Source of the DNA: an uncultured delta proteobacterium
GTDB taxonomy: Bacteria > Myxococcota_A > Polyangia > Fen-1088
Reading direction: 5' to 3'
DNA: 64,000 nucleotides
Assembly (NCBI GenBank): GCA_963796685.1
Contig: CAWCMR010000008.1
Location: 448,001 to 512,000, forward strand
The notes under the pieces were generated by a model. It was not told the origin of the DNA and ran no database searches. It was given only the letters and a program-made list of their open reading frames with translations. Below are positions 32,704-43,194 of the stretch, one piece after another. Positions within the stretch are counted from its first letter, which is position 1, and the number at the start of each line of letters is the position of its first letter. The translations under genes were made by a program, and so were the position numbers.

Positions 32704-33672
32704 ATGACGCTGCTGGATTCGTTGAAGAAACACACCGTGGTCGTCGCCGATACCGGAGACATCGAGGCCATCGCCTTGCACAAGCCGCAAGATGCCACGA
32801 CCAACCCGTCGCTCCTGCTCAAGGTCGCGCCGCTGCCGCCGTACCGCGCGCTGGTGGAAGAGGCGGTCCACTATGCCCGGACGCAACCTGGCGAGGAAGC
32901 GCGCCGAAGGTCGGCTTTCCTGGAAAAGTTGGCGGTCAATTTCGGTTGCGAGATCCTGAAGATCGTTCCCGGCCGCGTCTCGACCGAGGTCGACGCGTCC
33001 TTCTCGTTCGACACCGAGGGCACCATCGCCAAGGCCCGCAACTTCATCGACCTCTACCGCAAGGCGGGCGTCGCCAGGGAGCGCATCCTCATCAAGGTCG
33101 GCACGACCTGGGAAGGCATCCGCGCTGCCGAGCAGCTGGAGAAGGAAGGCATCCACTGCAACATGACCCTGCTTTTCTCGTTCGCGCAGGCGGTGGCGGC
33201 GGCCGAGGCGAAGGTCACGCTCATCTCTCCCTTCGTGGGACGCATCTACGATTACTATCTCAAGGAGCGCGGGGTGCACGACATCCCGCCCGAACAGGAT
33301 CCGGGCGTGGCTTCGGTCGTGCGCATCTACAACCACTACAAGAAGTTCGACTACAAGACGCAGGTGATGGGCGCGAGCTTCCGCAAGACCGAGCAGGTGA
33401 TGGCGCTCGCCGGGTGCGATCTGCTCACCATCAGCCCCGACATCCTCGCCGATCTGGAAAAGCGTGAAGGCGAGTTGCCGCGCCGTCTGTCCCCGGCGTC
33501 GGCCATGGCCAGCGATGCGACCCCCCTTCATCTGGACGAGAAGAGCTACCGCTTCTTGCACAACCAAGACGCCATGGCCGTGGACAAGCTCTCCGACGGA
33601 ATTCGCCACTTCTACGCGGACGCGCGCAAGCTCGAGGCCTGGGCCGCGGAGTTTCTCGCCAAGGTGGCGTAG
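32704..33672 (+). CDS. tal: Transaldolase
   Basis: VVADTGD, DATTNPSL, GRVSTEVDA, ILIK, CNMTLLFS, LISPFVGRI and VMGASFR. AGGAGG RBS. Confidence 0.97.
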   Translation: MTLLDSLKKHTVVVADTGDIEAIALHKPQDATTNPSLLLKVAPLPPYRALVEEAVHYARTQPGEEARRRSAFLEKLAVNFGCEILKIVPGRVSTEVDASFSFDTEGTIAKARNFIDLYRKAGVARERILIKVGTTWEGIRAAEQLEKEGIHCNMTLLFSFAQAVAAAEAKVTLISPFVGRIYDYYLKERGVHDIPPEQDPGVASVVRIYNHYKKFDYKTQVMGASFRKTEQVMALAGCDLLTISPDILADLEKREGELPRRLSPASAMASDATPLHLDEKSYRFLHNQDAMAVDKLSDGIRHFYADARKLEAWAAEFLAKVA

Positions 33673-33822
33673 CCGCAGACGGTGCTCGCCTGCTGTCGTC
33701 CGGGCGCCCCCGTTATCCGGTCAACAAAGATTGCCCTCGCGGTGTTGTTGTGATTAACCGATGATGAACATCGGCCGCAAAACCCGACCAGGCGGAGTCG
33801 GGACACACGGAGGGATCGATCC

Positions 33823-34738
33823 ATGCGCTATCCTATTCAACTCTTCTCGACATTCATGGCTTGTCTTTCGCTCACGTCGCCGGCGGGTGCCCAGACCACG
33901 ACCTCCGAAGAGCCGGCGCGCTCGCAGTCTCCCCTTCCGGGCATCGAGACCCCTCCTCCGACCAATCCGCCCTCGCCGTCACCAAAGCCCCCGGAAGAGG
34001 CACCTTTGCCCGCACCAACCGGGCCGGCCGCTCCCGTCGCGCCCGTAAGGTTCGAGACGGTATCGGCCACACCTCAGCCTGGCGCCGCAGAGCCCGCCGA
34101 CTCCGCAGCCCGCTGTGGCTCTCAGGTCGCGACCCCACGACTGCTCGGGCGATCGGATTCGCAACGGTTTCTACATGCGGATCGGCAGCGGGTTGGGCGA
34201 CGTGCACATGGCCGGCAACGGTCCCAAAGGGACAGCGTCCTTGTCCGGTTTGGGGTCCAATGAATTGATTGCGCTTGGCGGGAGCATCGTGCGCGGATTG
34301 GTCCTGGCAGGCGCCATTCAAGGTTCCAGCATCACCACGACTTTCACCGGCGGCCCCTTTGTGGACGAAAAGGTGACGTCCAATGGAGGGTCACTGACTG
34401 CTTCGCCCAAGGCCGATGCCAGCTTCTCGGCGCTCGGTCTGCTGGTTGACTGGTACCCCGATCCTTCCGACGGCTGGCATGTCGGTCTTACCGCGGGCGT
34501 TGGCTTCACCAGCATCAAAAATCACGCGGATGACAGCGTGATGACCGGCACGAGCACCGCCGGCAACGTCTTTGGCGGGTACGACTGGGCCATCGGTCCG
34601 CAGTGGTCCATCGGGCTCGCGCTCGTGGCGGGTGGCGCCCTATCCGCCTCGATGAAGGATTCATCGCAGCAACCCGACACCGGCTATCGCCTGAGGTCCT
34701 ATTCCCTGGGACTCTCGGCATCCTTTCTCTATTTTTGA
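33823..34738 (+). CDS. Outer-membrane beta-barrel protein with Pro-rich linker; apparent +1 frameshift near 34110
   Basis: Signal peptide and Pro-rich ORF (33823) continue in the next frame into GFYMRIGSGLG...VDWYPDP..GWHVG...GYDW and C-terminal SFLYF. Confidence 0.72.
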
Positions 34739-36048
34739 GCTGGGGCCGAGCTCGGCACCCCTGCCCATTGCCGCAGCCTATCGCTGACACGCTCGAGGTA
34801 CCCGTCGCCGCGCACGACCTCTTCGTAGTTCGGAACCGTGCCAACCCACCTGCCCAACCGGACGTTCGGCGCATGCGTGAGGTACAGCGTGGGCAGGCCC
34901 ATCAGCGCGGGGCCGTCCATGCCCGCGGTGGTGACCCCGAGCTGGCCGACCAGACCGTGCTCCGCCTTCAGATGCTCGAAGAGCTGGAGCTGCGCGCACC
35001 GCATGTCGGGGCCCTGGAAGATGGGCTCTTTCCAGAAGAGCGTCATGTCAACGCCGCCCAATGGTCTTTCGCCGTCACGGACAGCGTCACCCACCAGAAC
35101 CGGCAAGAGCTTGGCGGCCAGTGCTCGTCGAACAAGCTCGACCAGCTCGGGGTACGTCGTGTTTCGCGCGGGCTGGTGTGCGCCGTAGCGGACCCAGAGC
35201 AAGACCTTCCTACCCGCCGGTGCGCCGGCGAGCCTTCGAGCGACCCAAGCGAGGATCCGCTGCGGGATCGGCGCCTCGCCGAGGAACGCCGCCCGGACCT
35301 TGCGCCGCGCGGAGATCGGGTCGATGCCGAAGGCACGCGCGACGATCTCGGGTAGGTGCTTGTTCGCGCGCGGGCGGGAGCGATACGGCACCAGCCTGGA
35401 ACCGAGGCCGGCGTCGCGAAGGAACCGCTCCGCCTGCGCCGTCTGCGCCTCGCCCGGCTCGATCTGAATCGCGACGCCGGCAAGCACGGCGGCCGCCGCG
35501 AGGTACCAGCCTTCACCGAACGAGAAGCCCGGGTCCGCGTGGAAGGTGTAAGCGTCGTTTCGCTCGTCGACGAGTCGGCGCGCCTCGCGCGCCACCTCCT
35601 GCGCCACACGGGCTGCCGTCCACGCCGGCTTGCTGTCGAGCTCGGCGGCCACGCGCGCCGCCGCCAACGCCGACGCCTCCGCAACGGCGACGATCTCCTC
35701 GACCCGCCGCCAGCCATCGTCGCAGTCTTCGCACGTCGGGGCGCGCTGGGCGCCGAGCGAAAGCTGGCCCGCCCCGTGGCGAGCATCTCGCGCACGGGCG
35801 GCGTAGGCTTGGACCAGCGTGGAACGGGCGCCTGCCATCGTTTTCGCGTCCCCTCCCCCATTTTCGGCAGCGGCGAGGACGCGACTCGCGAGCTCGATGG
35901 CCTGCTCGAGCTGACAGCGAAGGCGCGCGCGCCCGCCGGGCAAGTGCAGCCTGGGCGTCTGAGCCAGCGCGTCGGCGAGAATGACCGCGGCCGCCCGCTC
36001 GCGAGCATGCTCATCGAGAATCGCCGCGAGGTCGGACGTCGCTGCCAC
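34729..36048 (-). CDS. Hypothetical protein: Ala-rich helical N-terminus plus GT-B-like (glycosyltransferase-like) C-terminal domain
   Basis: 439-aa ORF. C-terminal KVLLWVR....RN...PVLVGD...GVTTAGMDGPALMGLPTLYL resembles the GT9-type nucleotide-sugar-binding domain. Confidence 0.6.
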   Translation of the reverse strand: MAATSDLAAILDEHARERAAAVILADALAQTPRLHLPGGRARLRCQLEQAIELASRVLAAAENGGGDAKTMAGARSTLVQAYAARARDARHGAGQLSLGAQRAPTCEDCDDGWRRVEEIVAVAEASALAAARVAAELDSKPAWTAARVAQEVAREARRLVDERNDAYTFHADPGFSFGEGWYLAAAAVLAGVAIQIEPGEAQTAQAERFLRDAGLGSRLVPYRSRPRANKHLPEIVARAFGIDPISARRKVRAAFLGEAPIPQRILAWVARRLAGAPAGRKVLLWVRYGAHQPARNTTYPELVELVRRALAAKLLPVLVGDAVRDGERPLGGVDMTLFWKEPIFQGPDMRCAQLQLFEHLKAEHGLVGQLGVTTAGMDGPALMGLPTLYLTHAPNVRLGRWVGTVPNYEEVVRGDGYLERVSDRLRQWAGVPSSAPAQK

Positions 36049-36176
36049 AGGCTCTCTCTACCGTCCCCGCGTCGGGCGGTCGAGCGTGGAATGCCGTCAG
36101 GAGGCAACTGGGAAAGACCTTGCGTCCGTGGAAGACTAGCTGCCGACGATACCCGACGAGGGGCAGGTCACGACCC

Positions 36177-38057
36177 GTGAAAGCACGACATCCTCCAAGA
36201 CCGCTCTGGGAGCGCGCCCGCGCCGCCCGGGCCGCTGGCCAAATCAAGGAGGCCGAGAGCCTCTATCGCCGGCTTCTCACCCGCAGCCCGGACCACCCGG
36301 ACGCCCTCTTCGACCTGAGCGTACTGCTGTTCGAATCGGGGCGCTTCCTGGAGTCGACCCGCATCCTCGAACGGCTGCTGGCGATCCGGGCGCACGAACC
36401 CGAGCTTCTCCCCGTGCTGCTCACCAACCTCGGCGAAGCCTATCGGCGAGAGGGCGACCTTGGACGGGCCGCCGCGGCTTTCGAACGTATCCTCGCCCTG
36501 GATCCCGCCTTTCCGGAGGCCCACCAGAATCTCGGCATCACGCTCATGGATGAAGGGAGACCGGGCGAGGCGCTGCCGCACCTCGAACGAGCCGTGGCGC
36601 TCCGTCCGGAGAGCGCGCCCTTTCATGTCAGCCTGGCCTGGGTGCTGTTACGGCTCGGGCGCGTGGAAGAATCGCTCGCGCACTGCCGGCGCGCCGCCGA
36701 GCTGGACCCGAACCAAGCCATGGCCCACCATCACCTGGCGAACGCGCTGGTCGAGCTGGGAGACCGGAAAGGCGCCATCCTGAGCTACCGGCGCGCCTTC
36801 AAGCTCGACCCGACGGACCACAACGCCCACAGCAACTTGATTCTCGTGGCGCTCACGGATCCCGGGTACGACGCCCACGCCCTGCTGGCCGAGGGCCGCC
36901 GTTGGGCGCGTTTGCATGCGGAGTCGATGCGACGCTACCGACGCCCTCACGACAACGACAAGAACCCCGACCGACCGCTACGAATCGCCTACGTCTCGCC
37001 TGACTTCCGCGCCCACCCACTGATTCAGTTTCTGACCCCGCTCTTGGCGAACCACGATCGGTCGTCCTTCGACATCTACCTCTATTCCTCGGTGGACCAC
37101 CCCGATCTCGCCACCGAGCAGGTCCGGACCTGGGCAGGGCCACGCTTCCGTGACATCCGGTACCTCGACGACATCGCTGCCGCCGAGCTGGTGCGCAAGG
37201 ATCGGATCGACATTCTCGTGGATCTCGCGCTGCACAGTGCCGGTGGCCGACTGCGGCTGTTCGCGTGCAAGCCCGCACCCGTGCAAATCACCTGGCTTGG
37301 CTATGCGGGCACCACCGGGCTCGACACCATCGACTACCGCATCACCGATCCCTACGTCGACCCGCCAGGAACCGACGGCAGTGTCTATTCCGAGGCCTGT
37401 CTGCACCTGCCCGAAACCTCGTGGTGCTACGACTCGCTCGAGCTCGATCTCCCCATCGGCCCCCTGCCCGCTCTCGCCGCAGGGGTCGTCACGTTCGGCT
37501 GCCAAAACAGCTACCGCAAGGTGCAACCAGGCGTGCTATCCCTTTGGGCGCGCGTGCTGCGTGAAACCCCGCGCTCTCGGCTGTTGCTCTACGCCGAGGA
37601 ACCAGGCCGGAAGGACACTTTGCACAGGCTGGCTGCGGAGGGCGTGACGGCAGAGCGCGTGGAATTCGTCGGGCGCGTCTCCCGGCGCGAATATCTCGAG
37701 CGCTATCAGCGCATCGACATCGGACTCGACACCTTCCCGTTCACGGGGGCGACCACCAGCCTCGATGCACTCTGGATGGGCGTTCCAGTCGTGACCATGA
37801 CGGGCGGCACGTCCTTGCACCGGGCGGGTACGTGCCTCGCCATGAACCTCGGGCTGCCCGAGCTCGTCGCCGGCTCCGAGCACGAGCTCGTGGCCAAGGC
37901 CGTCGCGCTCGCGGGCGACCTGCCCCGCCTCGCCCAATTGCGCGTCGAGCTTCGTCCCCGGCTCGAAGCATCCCCCCTCGCGGATGCACCGCGCTTCGCA
38001 CGCCACCTCGAGGCGGCGTTTCGCACGGCTTGGCGACGGTACTGTGCGGGCGCTTGA
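36177..38057 (+). CDS. TPR plus SPINDLY-family O-linked GlcNAc transferase (GT41)
   Basis: About 6 TPRs, then RIAYVSPDFRAHP, DILVDL, PAPVQITWLGYAGTTGL, DIGLDTFPF and TTSLDALWMGVPVVT. Confidence 0.93.
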   Translation: MKARHPPRPLWERARAARAAGQIKEAESLYRRLLTRSPDHPDALFDLSVLLFESGRFLESTRILERLLAIRAHEPELLPVLLTNLGEAYRREGDLGRAAAAFERILALDPAFPEAHQNLGITLMDEGRPGEALPHLERAVALRPESAPFHVSLAWVLLRLGRVEESLAHCRRAAELDPNQAMAHHHLANALVELGDRKGAILSYRRAFKLDPTDHNAHSNLILVALTDPGYDAHALLAEGRRWARLHAESMRRYRRPHDNDKNPDRPLRIAYVSPDFRAHPLIQFLTPLLANHDRSSFDIYLYSSVDHPDLATEQVRTWAGPRFRDIRYLDDIAAAELVRKDRIDILVDLALHSAGGRLRLFACKPAPVQITWLGYAGTTGLDTIDYRITDPYVDPPGTDGSVYSEACLHLPETSWCYDSLELDLPIGPLPALAAGVVTFGCQNSYRKVQPGVLSLWARVLRETPRSRLLLYAEEPGRKDTLHRLAAEGVTAERVEFVGRVSRREYLERYQRIDIGLDTFPFTGATTSLDALWMGVPVVTMTGGTSLHRAGTCLAMNLGLPELVAGSEHELVAKAVALAGDLPRLAQLRVELRPRLEASPLADAPRFARHLEAAFRTAWRRYCAGA

Positions 38058-38125
38058 CCCGGAGCGATTCGCCTGCAACCCGCGCACTGCGCCCCGCCTC
38101 TAACGAGAGAAGGAACCTGTCGCCC

Positions 38126-38989
38126 ATGCCAAGCTCAAGGAGGACCGCTCGCACGCCGGATGTCACTCCCGCCATGATTGTCTTGCTTGTCCTGCCCCTC
38201 GCCTGCTCACCGGGCACCCTTGGCCATGGAGCAGGCTCGGATGGCGGTGCGCCCGGACGCGACGACGCCTCCCCTGCCGACGATGCGTTGGACGGAATCA
38301 GCGACGTCGACGGAATGGCGTCCGGCGACGATTTGCTTTTCGTGCCCGTCGGCCTGTCCGACATCAGCGGCGATGGGACGGACCGGGGGCTGACGCTGGT
38401 GGCGTTCACGCTCGTGCAGGACGCAACCGGCCTCAAGCTCTTCGCCGCGGTCAAAAACGAATCGGATACGCCATCCTGCGAGGCCGGCATGACGACCGAT
38501 TTCGTCGACAAGGCCGGCAACGTCGTGACCAGCTCGGGCAGCGTCTTGCTGAGCGGAAAGCTCTATCAATTGACCGACGGAACGATCATTTCATGCATCG
38601 ACCCGGGCCAGGTCGCCATGACCGCCTCGACCGATCTTCCGAGCTCGATGACGATCGACCAGCTGGGGTACCTGAGGCACCTGTTTCCGGCCTTCACGGT
38701 AGCCGGCGTCGTTCCCATTCCCGGGCTCTCGGTAAGCGACGTGCAAACCGTCGCGACCGACGCGGGGACTGCGTACATGGGCAAAGTCACCAATGGGCTC
38801 GGCTTGACCGTCAGCGCTCCCTCGGTGACCATCTTTCCGGTGAATCGCGTTGGCCGGCCGCTCGGCGCAGCGACCAGCAGCACGACTTCCGACCTTCCAC
38901 ACGGTAGCACTTGGACCTTCACGACCAACGCCGTGGACGATCCCGGCGTCGACTACGCCGCGTACCCGACTGCATCGATCCCGCAGTAA
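38126..38989 (+). CDS. Hypothetical lipoprotein with two Ig-like (FxLYD-like) domains
   Basis: Lipobox PLAC and acidic linker. Two beta-rich repeats (AAVKN.S / GKVTN.L ... D/N..G..(V/L)). Confidence 0.65.
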   Translation: MPSSRRTARTPDVTPAMIVLLVLPLACSPGTLGHGAGSDGGAPGRDDASPADDALDGISDVDGMASGDDLLFVPVGLSDISGDGTDRGLTLVAFTLVQDATGLKLFAAVKNESDTPSCEAGMTTDFVDKAGNVVTSSGSVLLSGKLYQLTDGTIISCIDPGQVAMTASTDLPSSMTIDQLGYLRHLFPAFTVAGVVPIPGLSVSDVQTVATDAGTAYMGKVTNGLGLTVSAPSVTIFPVNRVGRPLGAATSSTTSDLPHGSTWTFTTNAVDDPGVDYAAYPTASIPQ

Positions 38990-39060
38990 CCCGGCCGCGC
39001 GAAGCGCGGGGGGGCAGGGTGGGAGGCAGGTGCCGAGCCTCCCAGGGTTCCCATCTTATC

Positions 39061-39630
39061 TTACTGTTCTGGCGCCCCGTTTTCGATCCACTGCCAAACA
39101 CCGTCGAGGTAGTCCTGGGGCGTGCAGGTATCCACGCACCCGAGCGGCATCTGGGGAAGGGAGGGCCCACATTGACCTTCTTGAGCGAGGTAGAAGGCGC
39201 TCTGGTCCGGTGAGCCAGGCTTGACGAGGACGCGATCTCCACAGAACGTCGATACGTAGGTCGTGAGCGTCGTATAGAGCTCCGTGTCGGAAATCCCCAC
39301 CAGGGTCGGCGCTGTGCCGCCGTTGTGGCAGCCCGAGCCCCCACACTTGGCCTGAACAATCTCTCCGACGGTGGCGAAGTTTGCATACTGCGAGCTGCCG
39401 CCGCCTGCTCCGGAATTGCCTCCACCCGACGATGTACCGCCAGCGCCAGTGTTTCCGCCACTTCCCACACTCCCGCCACTTTCCGATCCACTGCGCGCGT
39501 ATTCAGTGCCAGGGGCGCTAGGGGTACGCTCCACCAGGCAGCTCCCGGTCTGGGCCAACAACGCAAAGGCAGCCGACGTTCCCGCAAGGACAACGACGCT
39601 GCCCTTTACCTTCAAGAGAACTGCACGCAT
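39061..39630 (-). CDS. Small lipoprotein with atypical CX4CH haem-binding-like motif
   Basis: Hydrophobic N-terminus plus Cys and Gly linker, then KCGGSGCH...LVKPGSPDQS...MP...QWIENGA (planctomycete/myxobacterial cytochrome c-like pattern). Confidence 0.7.
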   Translation of the reverse strand: MRAVLLKVKGSVVVLAGTSAAFALLAQTGSCLVERTPSAPGTEYARSGSESGGSVGSGGNTGAGGTSSGGGNSGAGGGSSQYANFATVGEIVQAKCGGSGCHNGGTAPTLVGISDTELYTTLTTYVSTFCGDRVLVKPGSPDQSAFYLAQEGQCGPSLPQMPLGCVDTCTPQDYLDGVWQWIENGAPEQ

Positions 39631-39664
39631 ACCACGCGAACCACCTACTCGGCACGCATAGCGG

Positions 39665-41258
39665 TCAGCTGCTCGCCTTCAGCTCCGTGTACTCCCCCGG
39701 GCTCTTGATTTGGGCAGGCTGGGTGCCCCCCCCGGTGAAAAGGCTGCTGTCGTCGTACTTGCCATACTTGGTCACCGGTTGCGTGCCACCCTTCACCGGA
39801 AACCCGGTACTATCGGCCATGACGCCGATGGCGTTCATCAGGTTGCAGAAGTACTTGTTGATGGGCTTCGAAGCCACCGTCGGCGGCATGGTGCCGGCGT
39901 TGTCCAGGTTGGGAAGGGTCGAGCCGTTCTGACAGTCGCCGTCGCTGTTCCCGACGCTCATGTTGGTCGTGGCCCCGTCGACGTTGATGGCCCAGCCCGT
40001 CTTGAAGTAGCCCCCACAGCTCCCGGCCTGGAGGATCGGCAGGTTATTGAGGTTGTGGCTGTCGCCGTCCGACATTTCGTTGAACCAGACGGTGGCAGTG
40101 TGGTCGAGCAGGGTACCGTCGCCTTCCGCAAAGCCGTCGAGCTTCCCGACCAGATAGGCAAATTGCTGTGCGTACCAGACATCGATGGCGTGCAACATAT
40201 CCATCACGCCGTTCACGCATGCACCCCCCATGTTGGCACTGCCAATGCGGTGGGAGAGGCCGTGTGACTCCGAGGTCTGGTTCAAGAATTTGAAGGTGTA
40301 GTTCGGCGGCATCTTCATGAAGATCACCCGGTTGGCATCGCAGATGGCCGTAAGCACTGCCAGGTCCATCATGATGGGTCCGACCTGCGAGATGTCCGCT
40401 GACAGGCCGCCGCTCCCTTGGACGGACGAGCTGGTCAAACCGAGCTGCGTCGCGGTGTCCGAGCTGCACTGGGACGATACCGCCTGCGTCGTCTGGTGAA
40501 GAAGCTGAGCCCAAGCATCCAGTTTCTGCTGGTCGGCCGAGCTGCATGGGCACCCTCTTCAGATTGGCCAGGTCGTCCTTGACGATGTCAATGATGCTGT
40601 TGCCGCGAGCAACCTTGTAGGTATCCGACGACACGGGTCCCTTGCCGAAGAGGTTGGTGAGGCTGCTGTAGATTTGCTGAGGCGACCCGTACCCAGGGTT
40701 GATCGTGTTGGCCGCGCTGTACGAGATGACCGCTTGGGTGTTGCTCGCGCTGCCGGAGACGCCGCCGATCTGCATGAAGAGCGGCGCACCACCACTCGGA
40801 TTGACCTGCTCGGCGCACACGAAATCCAGCGACCGGTCGGTGGGGGTCGCGTTGAACTTGCCACTGTCGGGTGTCACCGGCTGGCAGGTGAAGTACGAGC
40901 CACAAACCTGCGTGTGCGGGTCGGTCGTCTGGCCCAAGGTACCCTGGAAGCTCCACTCGTTCATGGCCCGCATACCGCGAACCATCAGGAGCTTGCTGGC
41001 GTAGGGTGCCATGGCCGAGAGCGTCTGATTGTTCGTGTAATCGTCAGAGGACAGTTGGCCATGGGATAGCGCCGGGAACCATCGATCTGTCAGACAGCCG
41101 TAGTGGGTGAAGTACACAATCAGCCGCTTGGGAGGACTGGCGGTGGTCGACTGGGCCCTCGCGGAACGCTCCGCAATCGAGCTCAGGAAGGGAGCGGCGA
41201 CAATAGCTCCTCCGAGGCCGCGGAGTATTTGTCTTCGACTCATCACTTTCGTACTCAT
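39665..41258 (-). CDS. DUF1552-family protein with Tat signal; apparent +1 frameshift near 40544
   Basis: MSRRQILRGLGG...PFL, PKRLIV..T.YG and SLD. Frames join at VPM/SSADQQKLDAW. C-terminal GTLLDHT...NEMSDGDSH...LPILQAG. Confidence 0.85.
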
Positions 41259-41273
41259 GTTCGCTCTCTCCTA

Positions 41274-43082
41274 TCAATTGGCAACGGTGCGCAGATGGAA
41301 AGAATCGGCTTGGGTGTAGTCAGCAATGACGCTGAGAACGGGATAGCTCGACTGGGCCATGTTGCTGCTGAGCTGGTTCACGATGCAGGCGTCGTTCTGG
41401 TTGGGCACCCTCCCCGTGGCAAAAGATACCCACTGTTCGGCGTAGTAGTACTTGGCCTCCGGAAGATTGCCGATCTCGGTCATCAACCCCACCGGATTGG
41501 TGATTGTCTTCGTGTCCGTGGCGCTGAAGCGGACGTCGGCGGTCCCGTCGATATCTCCACCAAGCGGATCCTTATCCTGCCAGCTACCCACGGAGTTGTA
41601 GTGCTCGAGCACGAACCCCGCCGGGTTGATATTGACGCCGTGACACCCCTGGCACGGCTGATTGGCGGTCAGGGCCTCGATCTCCTGGCGCATGGTCGTG
41701 TAGGTGCCGGGCGGGATGGGTGTCTTGACGAAGCTGGGATCTGGGGTTCCGGGATTGATTCCGAGTACCCTACCGCTGATGAACGCGCCACGAAGGATGG
41801 GGCTCGTGACGTCATACTTGGAGAAGGTGCTCAGGAATCCAACTCGGGTCAGGAACCCAGGTCGTTGGCTCGCATCGAGTGCCACCTTTGTCGGCTGCGT
41901 GCCATAGCTCGAGGCGTCGAGTCCGTAGAGCGGAGCGGTGTCCTTGGTCACGAAGGCGTTGTTGCCAAGGAAGAGATCCTTGAACGTGCCACCGCCGAGA
42001 ACGACATCCTGGAAGAACGCATCCATCTCCGCCATGGCGGGAGCGTACGCGGCGTCGGTCCAATTCGGATACTGGCTCGAATCGTGACTATTATTGTTGA
42101 TCCAGTGCGACCCAGTTTCGATGCCCGCGTAGTAGTGAAGGAAGTTGGTCACGACCGCCTTCGCCTTGTCGCTCTTCAGCATCCGTTGCGCCTGCGCCGC
42201 GATTTGACTGGTCGTCGTAAGCTGACCTGCGTCGGCGGCCGAGCTCAGCGTGTCATCCGGAACTGTGCCCCAGAGAAGGAACGAGAGTCGCGTCGCGACT
42301 TCGTAACTGTTGAGCTTGGTGTTGCCATTGCTGTCTTTGTCTTGCGCCAGCTCCGGGAGCATGATGAACGAGGGCGAAGCGAGGAAGGCGTACAAAATCG
42401 CCTCGGCGACCTCTAGCGGCTGCCCCGCCGGGGTCAGGCTGTTGAGCCGCATGAAGCTCGTCACCTCTGTATCTGTAAGTGGTCGACGAAACGCTTTGCG
42501 CCCAAAGGTCTTGACGGTGTTGGTCAAGCAGGAGGTATCTTTGGTCGGATCGCAAATAATGAAGTTGGACTTATTGGAGCCAGCCATGACTTCGGCGGCA
42601 ATCTCTTGCGCAGCCGAAAGGTAGCCGTTCCACCCGATGTCGGTGAGTGCGCCATCGGAATCCGGGGCGAGGAGCGAAGATGGGGGTTGGTTCCCGTTGC
42701 TCGACAAACCCGTGAGGCCGAGCAGATCTCGCACCACATTATCGTATGCCGCATCCTTCATACGCGGGATCTGAGACGTCGGCGGGACGCCTGAGACGCA
42801 GGACAGCTCAACGGTCGCGGAGCCGGCGTTGCCGGAGGCACCCCCGTTGGCGGAGGAGCCACTCCCGGCACCGGTCCCCCCGCCTGCCCCCGAAACCGTA
42901 CCAGTGGAGTTCGTGCCGGTGCCCCCTCCTCCCGCCCCACTCGTAGAGATGCCACCGGTTCCGTTGTCCTGGCTCCCGCTCCCGCCCGAACCGGACGGGG
43001 AATGGTTGGGCACGACCTGGGGTGGTGAACAGCCAAACATCAGCACGGACGCAATGGTGATAGCACTTAGAGAAAGACGCAT
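41274..43082 (-). CDS. DUF1587/1595/1592/1588-type lipoprotein with C-terminal CxxCH
   Basis: Lipobox MFGC, Gly linker, YDNVVRDLLG, FGRKAFRRPL, YEVATRLSFLLW, RPGFLT, TSPILRG and CQGCH..INPAGF. Confidence 0.9.
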   Translation of the reverse strand: MRLSLSAITIASVLMFGCSPPQVVPNHSPSGSGGSGSQDNGTGGISTSGAGGGGTGTNSTGTVSGAGGGTGAGSGSSANGGASGNAGSATVELSCVSGVPPTSQIPRMKDAAYDNVVRDLLGLTGLSSNGNQPPSSLLAPDSDGALTDIGWNGYLSAAQEIAAEVMAGSNKSNFIICDPTKDTSCLTNTVKTFGRKAFRRPLTDTEVTSFMRLNSLTPAGQPLEVAEAILYAFLASPSFIMLPELAQDKDSNGNTKLNSYEVATRLSFLLWGTVPDDTLSSAADAGQLTTTSQIAAQAQRMLKSDKAKAVVTNFLHYYAGIETGSHWINNNSHDSSQYPNWTDAAYAPAMAEMDAFFQDVVLGGGTFKDLFLGNNAFVTKDTAPLYGLDASSYGTQPTKVALDASQRPGFLTRVGFLSTFSKYDVTSPILRGAFISGRVLGINPGTPDPSFVKTPIPPGTYTTMRQEIEALTANQPCQGCHGVNINPAGFVLEHYNSVGSWQDKDPLGGDIDGTADVRFSATDTKTITNPVGLMTEIGNLPEAKYYYAEQWVSFATGRVPNQNDACIVNQLSSNMAQSSYPVLSVIADYTQADSFHLRTVAN

Positions 43083-43194
43083 GGCACCTCCATTCTCGTA
43101 GGCTAACCTGACAGGTTCGTCATAGTTCAGGGCAACGACGACCGAATAGCCGGCCCGGCTACACCCGCCGCGTCCGGGACGCTAATTGCAGTTC

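Noticed and set aside
33758-33774. CCGATG-N5-CATCGG palindrome upstream of the beta-barrel gene
   Set aside because: Single 6-bp palindrome with no second copy or adjacent regulator; too weak to call an operator.
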